NCBI GenBank assembly: GCA_963700285.1
Contig: CAVOXA010000010.1
Coordinates: 256,001-320,000, forward strand
Reading direction: 5' to 3'
Origin: an uncultured Chloroflexia bacterium
GTDB taxonomy: Bacteria; Chloroflexota; Anaerolineae; JAAYZQ01
DNA: 64,000 nucleotides
In this document: piece by piece, positions 41,063 to 51,121 of the stretch
How positions within the stretch are numbered: the stretch's first letter is position 1
Layout of the letters: each line of letters starts with the position of its first letter
Made by a program: the position numbers and the translations under genes
Notes under the pieces: generated by a model
Seen by the model: the letters and a program-made list of their open reading frames with translations, nothing else
Databases searched by the model: none
What the model was told of the DNA's origin: nothing

Positions 41063-41940
41063 TTGCGCGGCCGGTATCCTCTGCTGGTGGGATAGGGTTC
41101 GATCAACTCGATGGTGACACCGGTCGAGTACTCGGGGTAGATGAAAGCCTCAAAGCCATCGGGGCGGTTGGTAAAGATCTTGTGCTCAAAGATGGGGACT
41201 CCCTGACCCGTGACGCGAACGACGGCATCCCGAATATCGGCTACCTCGATGCAAAGGTGCTCTAGGCCTTCGCCTTTTTCATCCAGGAACTGGCGAACGC
41301 GGGCGTTTTCCCCCCAGCTCTCGGTCATGTGCAGCCAGAGGCGGTCGTTCCCGGGCTCGATCATGACGTCCTTCTGCTCGCCATCGTGCTGGTCGGTGCG
41401 CAGCGCGCGGGCGCGCAGATCAAACAGGCGCTCAAAGCCAGTGGCCGCTGCTTCCAGGTCGCGGACGGCTACGCCGATGTGCTGCAGGCCCAATACCCCC
41501 GAGTCACTAGTCGGGACAGCCGGCTCCCAGATTCCGGGAGCCGGCTGGAGCAACTCCACTGTGACGCCATGGAGATAGTCGCCAGGCACGGCAAAGCGGC
41601 GCCCCAGAGGCGTATCGATCAGGGCCCCATCCGCGAGATCCACGCCCGCCTGCCGAACCCGCTCAAATTCAGCCTCAACGTCGTCCGTCAAAAAGGCAAC
41701 TCGTTCGAGGCCCGGCCCTCTTTTGTTCAAAAAGCTGGACAGCGCCGACCCTGGCTGCCAGCTCTCCATGGCGTAGAGCCAGCAGCCATTGGGAAAGGCG
41801 ATACGTGCTCCCTTGTCCATCCCCAGGAAGGGATCGGGGTCCATGCGCTCCCCAGACAGGCCCAATAGATCCCGGAATGCGTGCCGCGTACGGTCGACAT
41901 CCTCCACGACAAAGCCCACGTAAAGTAACTCAAGAATCAC
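41059..41940 (-). CDS. Two-domain VOC (methylmalonyl-CoA epimerase-like) protein
   Basis: LQHIGVAV, GEGLEHL and GVTIELIE motifs; the N-terminal repeat is degenerate. Confidence 0.85.
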   Translation of the reverse strand: MILELLYVGFVVEDVDRTRHAFRDLLGLSGERMDPDPFLGMDKGARIAFPNGCWLYAMESWQPGSALSSFLNKRGPGLERVAFLTDDVEAEFERVRQAGVDLADGALIDTPLGRRFAVPGDYLHGVTVELLQPAPGIWEPAVPTSDSGVLGLQHIGVAVRDLEAAATGFERLFDLRARALRTDQHDGEQKDVMIEPGNDRLWLHMTESWGENARVRQFLDEKGEGLEHLCIEVADIRDAVVRVTGQGVPIFEHKIFTNRPDGFEAFIYPEYSTGVTIELIEPYPTSRGYRPRK

Positions 41941-42047
41941 GAATCTTGTCCCTCCTTCTGCTCATTGTCAAAGCCCTGACAGGTATCTCTTCCAGCTTTG
42001 AAGCTCTGCGCCCAGATGGTATAGGATGGCGCAGTGGATCAAACCTG

Positions 42048-43058
42048 TCAGGTCTGGTCCACCCGGGGAACCAAATTGTCCCGTACTTCGTCGACGACGG
42101 CATAGAAACAGAGCCAGTCCCCGGTGAGGACCATGGGGCGGAAGCGCAGGCCAAAAACCATACCGTCCTCGGGCGCCCGCACGACCTCGATCTCATCGCC
42201 GTACAGATTATAGATGTGGCCCAACAGGGTCCCCTTTTCCATGGGTACGCGCAGCCGGACATCCTCGCCTATCCACAGGCCGCTCTCATTGGCCAGCAGG
42301 GCGATCTGGTGGCCCCGCTGCCATGTCTCCGGATACTGGGCCTGGCCAGCGATCATGCCATAGTGGCGCATTACGTTGAGATAGGCATCGGAGAGCCGAC
42401 GGCCAACGTCGTGAAAGTCGGTGGTCAGCATCTTGCACCAGCCGCCCAACTCCACGGTGATGGCCCCGTGGCCTTCTTGGGCCAGCATCGAGGAGGGGCT
42501 GCCCCGCCCCACGCCGCTGGTGTTGACCAGATCCCAGTCGGGTCCCATCGCGCCGGCCAGTTCCAGGCACCGGGGCGTCTCGGCAGCAAAGATGGTCGTA
42601 TCCAGGAAGGAATGGTCGCCACCCGAATGGATGGCAATATGCAGGTCACAGGTGTCTTTGACCGCTTCCCAGTGCGCCCAGGCGACACGGTCGGTAGCAT
42701 AGCCATCAGGGCTACCGGGGTAGATGCGATTCATGTCATAAGTGAACGTGTCACGCGGATCGCCGCGGTCGCCGCGCATAAAGGCCTCGATGTTCATCAC
42801 GGGTACAGCTACCAGGGTACCCACCATCTGTTTGGGATCGAGCTGGGGCAGGGTAAGCATGATCGAGTAGGGGCCTTCGGGCTCGTCGCCATGGGTCGCA
42901 CCACTGATCCAGAGGCGGGGACCATCCTCCATGCCCCGGTAGACGATGATGGGCAATTCCCGCTCGCGCCCATACATGTCAGGCCCAATGGGGATCCCGC
43001 CGCGTTTGGCTTCTCCGGGCATGACCGATACTGTTCCGATCTCTAAGGGTTCTGTCAT
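42048..43058 (-). CDS. Succinylglutamate desuccinylase/aspartoacylase-family (AstE/EutE-like) deacylase
   Basis: HGDE, DMNR, IHSG and VELG motifs; C-terminal biotinyl-like hairpin. Confidence 0.9.
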   Translation of the reverse strand: MTEPLEIGTVSVMPGEAKRGGIPIGPDMYGRERELPIIVYRGMEDGPRLWISGATHGDEPEGPYSIMLTLPQLDPKQMVGTLVAVPVMNIEAFMRGDRGDPRDTFTYDMNRIYPGSPDGYATDRVAWAHWEAVKDTCDLHIAIHSGGDHSFLDTTIFAAETPRCLELAGAMGPDWDLVNTSGVGRGSPSSMLAQEGHGAITVELGGWCKMLTTDFHDVGRRLSDAYLNVMRHYGMIAGQAQYPETWQRGHQIALLANESGLWIGEDVRLRVPMEKGTLLGHIYNLYGDEIEVVRAPEDGMVFGLRFRPMVLTGDWLCFYAVVDEVRDNLVPRVDQT

Positions 43059-43140
43059 ACTTGACCTCCTAGCACTTGATAATAACGTTACCACGATTTC
43101 GGCGAATACGCCCGCGCATGGGTGCGGGTTAGCGCTTGAA

Positions 43141-44307
43141 CTAACTGCGCGCGCGTCCGTCCAAAACGCGCGTCATCCGGGCCGCAGCTTCCTGGAGCCG
43201 TTCTTTGGACGTAAGGAAGGATATGCGCAAGTGCTGGCCCCATAGGTCGCCAAAGGAGTTACCGGGAAAGACCAGCACGCGTCCATCTCTGAGGAAGTGG
43301 TAGGACAATTCCTCGGCCGGCATGCCCGTACTGGAGGCATTGGGAAAGACATAGAAGGCGCCCTTGGGCCGGCCGTAAACAAAGCCCATCCCGTCAAGCC
43401 CCGCCATGAGGACGCAGCGCCGCTCGTCGTAGATGCGCCTGTACTCCTCGACGCAGTCCTGGGGGCCGTTCAAGGCTGCAGTGGCCGCCCACTGCGAGAC
43501 CACCGATGTTGCGCGGCTGGCCGTGCTCTTGAAGCCTCGCATGGCATCGACAAGCGGCGCAGGAGCGGCGACGTACCCTATGCGCCAGCCGGTCATAGCA
43601 TAGGCCTTGGATACGGCGTTGAGGGTGATGGCCCGCTCCTTCATACCGGGTAGTGAGGCGATGCTTAGATGGACCGCATCATCATACAGGTAGCGATCAT
43701 AGATCTCGTCAGAGATAACGATGAGGTTGCGCTCCTGAGCGATCTCGGCCAGCCGCCGGATATGCTCAGGAGAGATCACACCAGAGGTGGGGTTGCTGGG
43801 CGTCACCAGAAGAAGCGCTTTGCTGTTGGGCGTGATGCGCGCTTCCACCTCCTCAGGACGCAGGTCAAAATCATCCTCTTCGTAGGTCGGCACGGACACT
43901 ATCTTTCCGCCGGCCAGGTTGATGGCCCCATCGTAGGAGGTGTACCTGGGGTCGGGCATCAAGATCTCGTCGCCAGGGTTCACCAGCGCCTGTATGAGGA
44001 AGAACAATGCTTCCTGGCCGCCCGTCGTAACCTGAACCTCTGTTTCAGGATCGACCAGGATATTGTTATCGCGGCGCAGCTTGCCGGCGATGGCCTGCCT
44101 GAGTTCGAGCAGACCCTGGGGCGGAGGAACTTCCAGCGCCAGGCCCCAACGCAGGGCATCCTGGGCTGCCTGGACGATGTGCCGCGGTGTGTCGAGATCA
44201 GGGTCGCCCCGGCCCAAGGTGATCACGTCGTCCATGGCGGCGGCCATCTCCATCATCTTGTAGCGTAGCTGCGTACCGCTGTCGGACACTTTTTTCTGGC
44301 CGCTCAT
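43141..44307 (-). CDS. PLP aminotransferase class I/II (Lys-bearing)
   Basis: GDPD, GGQEA, PSNPT, DEIY and SKAYAMTGWRIG motifs. Confidence 0.93.
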   Translation of the reverse strand: MSGQKKVSDSGTQLRYKMMEMAAAMDDVITLGRGDPDLDTPRHIVQAAQDALRWGLALEVPPPQGLLELRQAIAGKLRRDNNILVDPETEVQVTTGGQEALFFLIQALVNPGDEILMPDPRYTSYDGAINLAGGKIVSVPTYEEDDFDLRPEEVEARITPNSKALLLVTPSNPTSGVISPEHIRRLAEIAQERNLIVISDEIYDRYLYDDAVHLSIASLPGMKERAITLNAVSKAYAMTGWRIGYVAAPAPLVDAMRGFKSTASRATSVVSQWAATAALNGPQDCVEEYRRIYDERRCVLMAGLDGMGFVYGRPKGAFYVFPNASSTGMPAEELSYHFLRDGRVLVFPGNSFGDLWGQHLRISFLTSKERLQEAAARMTRVLDGRARS

Positions 44308-45509
44308 TGCCCACCCCCAATCCCATGTCCCAGCGCCTGTCGCATGCGGCGCATCGCCTGCTCCAGTTCTGAGAAGGTGGGCCACAGGGAGAGCCGGACA
44401 TGGCCACCTCCCTGCGAACCGAAGCGGCTGCCAGGCATCGTCATGACGCCCGCCTGGCCAAGCAGCCAGGCAGCAAAATCCTCTGAAGAGCGGCCGGTAC
44501 CGCGTACATCCACAAACAGGTATGGCGTGGCGACCGGCTGGCTATGGGGCAATCTCATGCCATCCAAAGCTGCAAGCACGTACCGCCTCTTGGCATCCAG
44601 CTCGGCCCTTCTGTGCAGCAGCCAGTCCTGCGAGCCGGTGACGGCCTCTAGCGCTGCATACTGGGACATGGCACTGGTGCAGATGGTCATGGCCTGCCTC
44701 AGGTTGCGCACCGGCGCCACCAGTGACCGGGCACCTGCAAAGTAGCCCACCCGCCAGCCAGCCAGAGCATGGAGCCTCGAAAAACTGCCCACAACGACCG
44801 TTCGCTGGGCCGCTTCAGGGAAAGAGACGATACTCGTGTGGCGTACGTCGCCGTTCAAGGATTCGTCCAACGATTCGTCAGCGATGACGGTTAGATGACG
44901 CTCCTGGACCAGCTCGGCGACACGGGCCATCTCATCCGCCGGGATAATCGCACCTGTAGGATCAGCAGGATCTCTCAGCAGCAGGACACGGCTCTTGGGC
45001 CCAAGAGCTTGGCGAATACGATCTGCCGTCATCACAAAGCCATCATCCGCCAGAAGGGGAACTGGGACGACGTCTCCCCCAGCCAGGCGGATGGCTTCAT
45101 CGACCCAAGCCGGGCGCAGAGCAGGGACAAGAACCTCAGTCTCCGGCTGCGCCAGCACCTGAAGGGCGATAAAGACCCCCTCTCGTCCCCCGCAGGAGAT
45201 GACCACCTCGGTGGCGGGGTCGACTGTGAAGCCTTGCTCACTTTCCAGCTTACGGGCCACAGCCTGGGCCAATGCTGGCAGGCCAGACCGGGTGGTATAG
45301 TGCGTCTCACCTTCGTCGAGCGAGAGCACCACCGCCTGGATCACGTTCTGGGGGAGCAGGCCAGGCCCATAGTCCGTACTCAAATCGAGGATCCCAGCAA
45401 AGCCGGATTGCCCGGGCTGCGCCTGCGGCGGCGGCGTCACACTCCAGTCTCTGGCCCGTCTGGCAAGGGCAGCCGCCATCGGGCCCGGATCGGCACCTGT
45501 TTTCTCCAT
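44304..45509 (-). CDS. Class I/II aminotransferase homologue lacking the PLP lysine
   Basis: THYT, DESL and SFSRLHALAGWRVG motifs; 4-nt overlap with the next gene. Confidence 0.88.
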   Translation of the reverse strand: MEKTGADPGPMAAALARRARDWSVTPPPQAQPGQSGFAGILDLSTDYGPGLLPQNVIQAVVLSLDEGETHYTTRSGLPALAQAVARKLESEQGFTVDPATEVVISCGGREGVFIALQVLAQPETEVLVPALRPAWVDEAIRLAGGDVVPVPLLADDGFVMTADRIRQALGPKSRVLLLRDPADPTGAIIPADEMARVAELVQERHLTVIADESLDESLNGDVRHTSIVSFPEAAQRTVVVGSFSRLHALAGWRVGYFAGARSLVAPVRNLRQAMTICTSAMSQYAALEAVTGSQDWLLHRRAELDAKRRYVLAALDGMRLPHSQPVATPYLFVDVRGTGRSSEDFAAWLLGQAGVMTMPGSRFGSQGGGHVRLSLWPTFSELEQAMRRMRQALGHGIGGGQ

Positions 45510-45570
45510 GGAACACACATCCCTTCCAGTCACTGGCTACCACACCCGATGCGGTAGCAGGCATTGAGAC

Positions 45571-46452
45571 TCAGCGATAGGCGCCCAGGCCCATCAAACG
45601 GGCCACATTGGCCTGAGGGGCATGGACGGGCAGGATCTCGCTGCCGGAACCCGTCATGAACATTGTCATCCCTGGGCCAAAGCCGGTACGTACGCTGTCG
45701 CCATGTCCAACGATGCCGACGCTCATGGCACCCCGCCAGTAGCCCGGAGCATAGAGACACTCATAGTCTTCCACGGCAATGATGTCGCCCAGCCTGAGAT
45801 CCTGCAGAGCATATTTCTCCACCACACCGGGCGAGCCGGTCTGGATTTGAAGACAGCCACCGTCACTATCCAGCCCAGTGCCAGCACCCATAAGCTCAGC
45901 CGGGAGGGTGGCCACAACCGGTACCTGGAGCTGGCCACCCGACTCGGTGATGCCGATCATTTCCAGGAGAGCAGGATCTATGTTCTTCACCTCGATACCG
46001 GCAAAGCCCTCGATGGCCGCGCCGCGGCCAAATGCTTTGACCACGATGGGATCTCCAACAGCAAGGTCGTCCAGCGCCTCGGGCGGAAAGTCAATGATGA
46101 CGTGGTCCATAAAGCGCCCGCTCTTGCCGGTAACGGTGCCCTTGGCCCCTTTGGCCCGGCCAGACATGACCACAGCTTCATTGCCAACGGAGGCGTAGAC
46201 CTTGAGCGCCCTGTGGGCGGCGGCGTCCTGGGCTCGAATACTCACCCCGGGCTCGATCAGTTCCGCGGCCCAACCGAGCGCCGGGTCACCACTGCGCACA
46301 TTGTACACAATGCCACCGTTTAGCGGCAGCAGCGAAGGCTTACCTTCGCGCGAGATAAAGTGGGGGTTCCAGGGAACAGAGGGGAATCGCGGCGCGTCAA
46401 CCTGACCCATGACCGAGATCCGGACCAACCTTTTTTTGTTTGTGGTTATCAT
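45571..46452 (-). CDS. DUF4438 family protein (copy B)
   Basis: TN...LV..SV.G, GGIVYNVR.GD, EPGVS, VGN.A.V.SG.AKG, LRLGD and GPG motifs. Confidence 0.85.
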   Translation of the reverse strand: MITTNKKRLVRISVMGQVDAPRFPSVPWNPHFISREGKPSLLPLNGGIVYNVRSGDPALGWAAELIEPGVSIRAQDAAAHRALKVYASVGNEAVVMSGRAKGAKGTVTGKSGRFMDHVIIDFPPEALDDLAVGDPIVVKAFGRGAAIEGFAGIEVKNIDPALLEMIGITESGGQLQVPVVATLPAELMGAGTGLDSDGGCLQIQTGSPGVVEKYALQDLRLGDIIAVEDYECLYAPGYWRGAMSVGIVGHGDSVRTGFGPGMTMFMTGSGSEILPVHAPQANVARLMGLGAYR

Positions 46453-46465
46453 TTGATGCTCTCCT

Positions 46466-47388
46466 CTATGCCCATCGACCAAAGTTCAGATAGTTGGCGA
46501 TATTTGCGTCCGAGTCAATACGGGGTACGATATGCGGGGTCGGGCAGGATAGCAGCGTCATGACCCCGGGACCGTGCCCCGTCATGAAACAATCGCCATG
46601 GTTGATCAAGCCGATGACAACAGCCCCCTCTTGATAGCCGCGCCCGTAGGTGTGATCTTGATCCTGGATCGCTACCAAGTCACCGAGGCGCAGATCCGTC
46701 AGTCCAAGCTCGCGCATCAGGGCCCGATCCTCGGTGGCCATATCCTGGTCCACGAACTCTGGGAACAGCTCCATGCCCGAACCCATGATCTGGGGCGGGA
46801 ACATGTGCGTCACCGGCACGCTCAGCTTGCCATCACCCGTGGGTTCCAGGGGCAGGGACTCGATCAACTGCGGGCTGCACTTTCGCACGCTGATGTGGGG
46901 GTAGTCAAGCAACTCCAACCCGAGGCCGTAGGTTTTGATGAGAATCCTGTCGCCGACACACATATAGTCCAGGTGTTCGGGCTCAAAATCGATGAGCAAG
47001 CGGGCATGCTCTCCTGAAACCATGCCAGTGGCTCCCGCCGCTTCACCAGAGACGACGACAGCCTGGTTGCCCACACAGGTCAAATAGTGCATGGCATAGT
47101 CTTGCTGCTCGTCCGGGTTGTGGATCGACACCCCCGGCTCTAGATGGTCGGCTTCCCAGCCAAAGGCTGGATCGCCAACGCGCACGTTGTAGGCAATCCC
47201 GGCCATGCCGATGGGGATAGTGGAACGGCCAGAGTTGTCCGGTCGATAGCCCGGTCCCAGCTTTGGCGGAGAATCTCTCCCAGTACGGCCATTTCTACCA
47301 GATGGTCTCTATTGGTTTGAATCACTTGGACCTCCGTCACGGGCTCCACCTTTGCGGCGATGGTGGAGGACGCCGTATCGTCGTTCAT
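46466..47388 (-). CDS. DUF4438 family protein (copy A; frameshift near 47272)
   Basis: TNRDHLVEMAVLGEI, then GIAYNVRVGD, ADHLEPGVS, CVGN and HGD...GHGPGV. Confidence 0.85.
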
Positions 47389-48551
47389 CACGATGTCGCT
47401 AACAGGTTATGAACCACATATTTGATCTGGTCCGCAGTCAACTCGGGGAACATGGGCAGGCACAACAGTTCCTTTGCGACTTGCTCGGTCACAGGCAGAT
47501 CTCCTTCCCTGTATCCCTGCTCGCGGTAGATCGACTGCAGGTGCACCGGAGGCGTATAGAGCACGTTGGTATGGATGCCCTCTTTGGCCAGACGTATCCG
47601 GACCTCATCACGGCTCCCAACACGAATCACATAGTTGCGATAGACGTGCTCGTATCCCTCGGGAGCATAGGGCGTCCGCACATTCGCTCCAGCCAGTAGC
47701 TCGCTGTATGTGGCGGCCACCTCACGCCGGCGCGCGATCCAACCCTCGACGTGGCGCAGCTTGGTGTGCAGGACCGCAGCCTGGAGGGTATCCAGGTGGT
47801 TGTGATAGCCTTCTACCTCATGTTCCAGGGGCTGGAGCAATGTGACCGGTCCAACCTGCTCAAAGCGCCGCCGCTCACCATAGCTGCCCCACAATCGGAC
47901 CCTGTCGGCCAGCTCGGGGTCGTCGGTGACCACCATGCCCCCATCTCCGTAGGCGCCGAGGATCTTGTGGGGTGCGAAACTGAAGCAACCCAGGTGGCCC
48001 ATACTGCCAGCCAGCCGGCCACGGTAGCGGGCGCCAAAGGCCAGTGCCGCGTCCTCGACCACCAGCAGGTCGTGCCTCCCCGCAATATCGAGGATGGGCT
48101 CCATGTCGGCCGGCAGGCCATAGAGATGGATAGGCATGATAGCCCGGGTCCGAGCTGTGATTTTGGCCTCTATCAGGGTGGGATCGATGTTAAAAGTCCG
48201 CGCATCGATATCGACGAAAACCGGTGTTGCCCCCGTATGGCTAATGGCCGAGGCCGAAGCCACATCTGTGTTCGCCGCCGTAATCACCTCGTCACCCGGT
48301 CCCAGGCCGCCGGCCTTGAGCGCCAGGAAGAGGGCCGCGTATCCCGAGCCTACACCGATGGCATGCCGTGCTCCACAGGCACGGGCGAATGCTGCCTCAA
48401 AAGAGCCCAGTTCCTCGCCCCGCTCGAATTCACCGCTGTCCAACACACGCTGGATGGCGGCGTCAAGCTCCTCTTTGATGGATGCATACTGCAGCCGGAG
48501 ATCGCCATACGGCACGACCAGGTCTGAAGCCGATCTGCCCGCTTTGTCCAT
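47388..48551 (-). CDS. DegT/DnrJ/EryC1/StrS-family aminotransferase
   Basis: HLYG, VEDAA, FSFAPHKILGAYGDGG and LPM motifs. Confidence 0.93.
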   Translation of the reverse strand: MDKAGRSASDLVVPYGDLRLQYASIKEELDAAIQRVLDSGEFERGEELGSFEAAFARACGARHAIGVGSGYAALFLALKAGGLGPGDEVITAANTDVASASAISHTGATPVFVDIDARTFNIDPTLIEAKITARTRAIMPIHLYGLPADMEPILDIAGRHDLLVVEDAALAFGARYRGRLAGSMGHLGCFSFAPHKILGAYGDGGMVVTDDPELADRVRLWGSYGERRRFEQVGPVTLLQPLEHEVEGYHNHLDTLQAAVLHTKLRHVEGWIARRREVAATYSELLAGANVRTPYAPEGYEHVYRNYVIRVGSRDEVRIRLAKEGIHTNVLYTPPVHLQSIYREQGYREGDLPVTEQVAKELLCLPMFPELTADQIKYVVHNLLATS

Positions 48552-48614
48552 CGTTGCTCTGCCTTTCTTCACATCGAGCTTGCCTCGGAAGCCCGGACCC
48601 CCATGAGGACTTGG

Positions 48615-49804
48615 CTAAACCGTCACAGTCAGCGATTCCATGTCCCTGGGATAGTGGGTCAGGCGCTCATGGCCGTCCTCCGTGACCAGGATGGTATCAG
48701 AGTGGCGGAAGCCGGCATCACCCGGGAAATAGAGGCCGGGCTCGCAACTGAACATCATGCCGGGCTCCAGCACGGTCTGGTCGCCGGGATCCAGATAGGG
48801 GTGCTCGTGGGTTTCGATCCCTTTGCCGTGGCCGGCGTGGTGGCGCAGCGCGCCCTCCATGCCATGCTTCCTGGTCACACCCACCACGGCGTCCCACACG
48901 TCGCAGCAGCGGACGCCAGGCTTGACGGCCTCCATGCCCACCGTTTGAGCTTCCAGCATGACCTGGAACCGGGTCTCGTCGATGGGGCGGCGCCGCCCAA
49001 AGAACCCAGAGCGCTCCGTCTCCCCGATATAGTTGCAGACAGCGGTACCGTAGGTGATCATGACTACCGAGTCCGGCTCGAGGCGGGCGGTCCCCTTGGG
49101 ACCATGAGGCAAGGAGCTGGAGCCGCCAAATAAAGTGCGCCCAAATACCAAGCCCTCGGGCGTAGCCGTTAAAGTCAATGATCTCGGGCAGTTCGGCCAG
49201 CATCTTTTGGATGACGGCCTCCTCAGCCTGGCGGTGCACCTCGTACTCGGAGACCCCCTCGCGAAGCAGCGAGAAGCCAACGCCGACCAGGTAGTCACAA
49301 TAGCGGCTGCCCAGCCGCATGAGGGCGATTTCCTCCGGCTGTTTGATCAGCCGCAGCTCAACCAACAACCGGTGGGCATTGCTGCACCCCGTCTCCCAGA
49401 CCTGCCCGGAGGGCCTCGTAGCCCTCGACGGCATCGGACATCACCAGGTTGGCCATATCGACGCCCACACGCTTACCGGAAAAGCCCCGGTCCGCCAACC
49501 TCTGCGCAACCCAGTCCCAATCGCCCTCCGGATAGTCAAAGTAGGTGTCCACGTCCTCCAGCCACGGGGACTTGGCGTGCAACTGGTCGATCTCTAGTTC
49601 TGTGGTGATGGCAAAAACCTGTCCATCGGGCAGAAATCCTATGCCGATGGGCCTCTCCGTGCTCATATGGAAAAAGCCGGTCAGGTAGGCAATGGTCGTC
49701 GCGTCAAAGACCATCAACAGGTCCAAACCGGCGGCGTTGATTCGCTTGAACAACTCCTGGCGCCGGTCGGCATGAAACCCTTGGCTTAGTTTATAGGTCT
49801 CCAT
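48615..49804 (-). CDS. M24-family (creatinase/Xaa-Pro-like) hydrolase (frameshifts)
   Basis: YLTGF...TERP, LRLIK..EEI, PHG, HHAGHG, HE.P, EPG and FRHSDT motifs. Confidence 0.88.
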
Positions 49805-49872
49805 CTTGGATCCTTTCTCACCAGGGCAAACAGTCACCCTGTCTGTTGGTTGCAACGCACACAATATGAGTG

Positions 49873-51101
49873 CTACTTGACTGCCACCCCGCCCTTGAAG
49901 ACCTGGACGATCCTGGCCTCCTCTTGAAGGGTACGGATGTCGACCAGCGGATCACCGTCCAGGATGACGAGGTCTGCATACTTGCCGGGCTCGATGGTAC
50001 CTACCTTCTGGCCCATGTCGAGGCACTCTGCCCCTACCTTGGTAGCGGCGACAATCGCCTCCATGGGCGTGAAACCGAGCTTGACAAATTCCTCCAGCTC
50101 GCGGGCGTTTTGGCCGTGATAGACCAGGAACCCGGCGTCGGTACCAGCGGCGATCTTGACCCCCGCCTTGCGGGCACGTTCCATGGAACCCAGCTTGTCC
50201 TCCTGAGCCCGGAGCAGCCAGGCGTAAACGTCCTCCGGAAGGGGCTCCTCATCCGCCCCCTCGACGCTGAGCGTATTGACCAGCAGGGTAGGCACCAGAA
50301 AGACGTCACGCTCGGCCATCATATCCACCTGCTCCTCCGTGAGCCAGTGGGCGTGTTCCACCGAACTCGACTCCCGCCCGAATGGCATCGGTGAGTCCAG
50401 GCCCCCCGGAGGTGTGGGCCGCTACGCGCTTGTTGCACCAGCGGGCCTCCTCACAGATGGCCGCCATCTCTTCGTAGGTCATCTCCTGGATCCAGGGCGC
50501 ATCCAGGTCATGGCCGCTGCCCCCGCAGGCATTGATCTTGATAAGGTCCACCCCCCACTTGATCTGGGTCCGGGCCGCTTTGCGGCACTCCCAGGGTCCG
50601 TCGCAGACCCCTGTACGGCCGGCAATCGTCACCGCCGGTGACCAATAGGGCTTGTCCATGTGCCCACCGGTGCGGCTCAGCCCCTGACCCGCCACTCGCA
50701 GACGAGGACCCTGTACGGTACCCTCGTCGATGGCGTTGCGCAGGGCAACGTCGACGTAGACCGGGTGAAGCCATGCTCCGCAGAGACGTAAAGCCCATAC
50801 GCAAAGATTGCAGGCCATAGCTGTAGGCTCGCAGGGCAATTGTACCCTCGAACTCGCGTGCCTCGGCGAGGGCATAGTTGGCGCTCGGCCCCCCCGGCGT
50901 GTGAATGTGTACGTGGGCATCGACGAGACCCGGCAGGAGCGTCTTGTCGCCCGCATCCAGTACCTCGGCGCCGGGTGGAATCTCGACCTCTTGGGCCGAG
51001 CTGACCTGGCTGATCTTGTCGCCATCGACGAGCACCACGGCGTCGCTCAGGGGCTCGCCACCGTGGCCGTCGATCAGGGTTCCAACACGGATCGCTAGCA
51101 T
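49873..51101 (-). CDS. Amidohydrolase, prolidase-like (frameshifts)
   Basis: PGLVDAHVH, TGGH.D, IK, VAAH, VEH and AGTDAG motifs. Confidence 0.88.
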
Positions 51102-51121
51102 GGCATCTCCATCCTGTCCAC

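Noticed and set aside
47388-48551. O-antigen or capsule biosynthesis locus (DegT, epimerase, Gfo/Idh/MocA)
   Set aside because: There is no glycosyltransferase, flippase, polymerase or nucleotidyltransferase in the window
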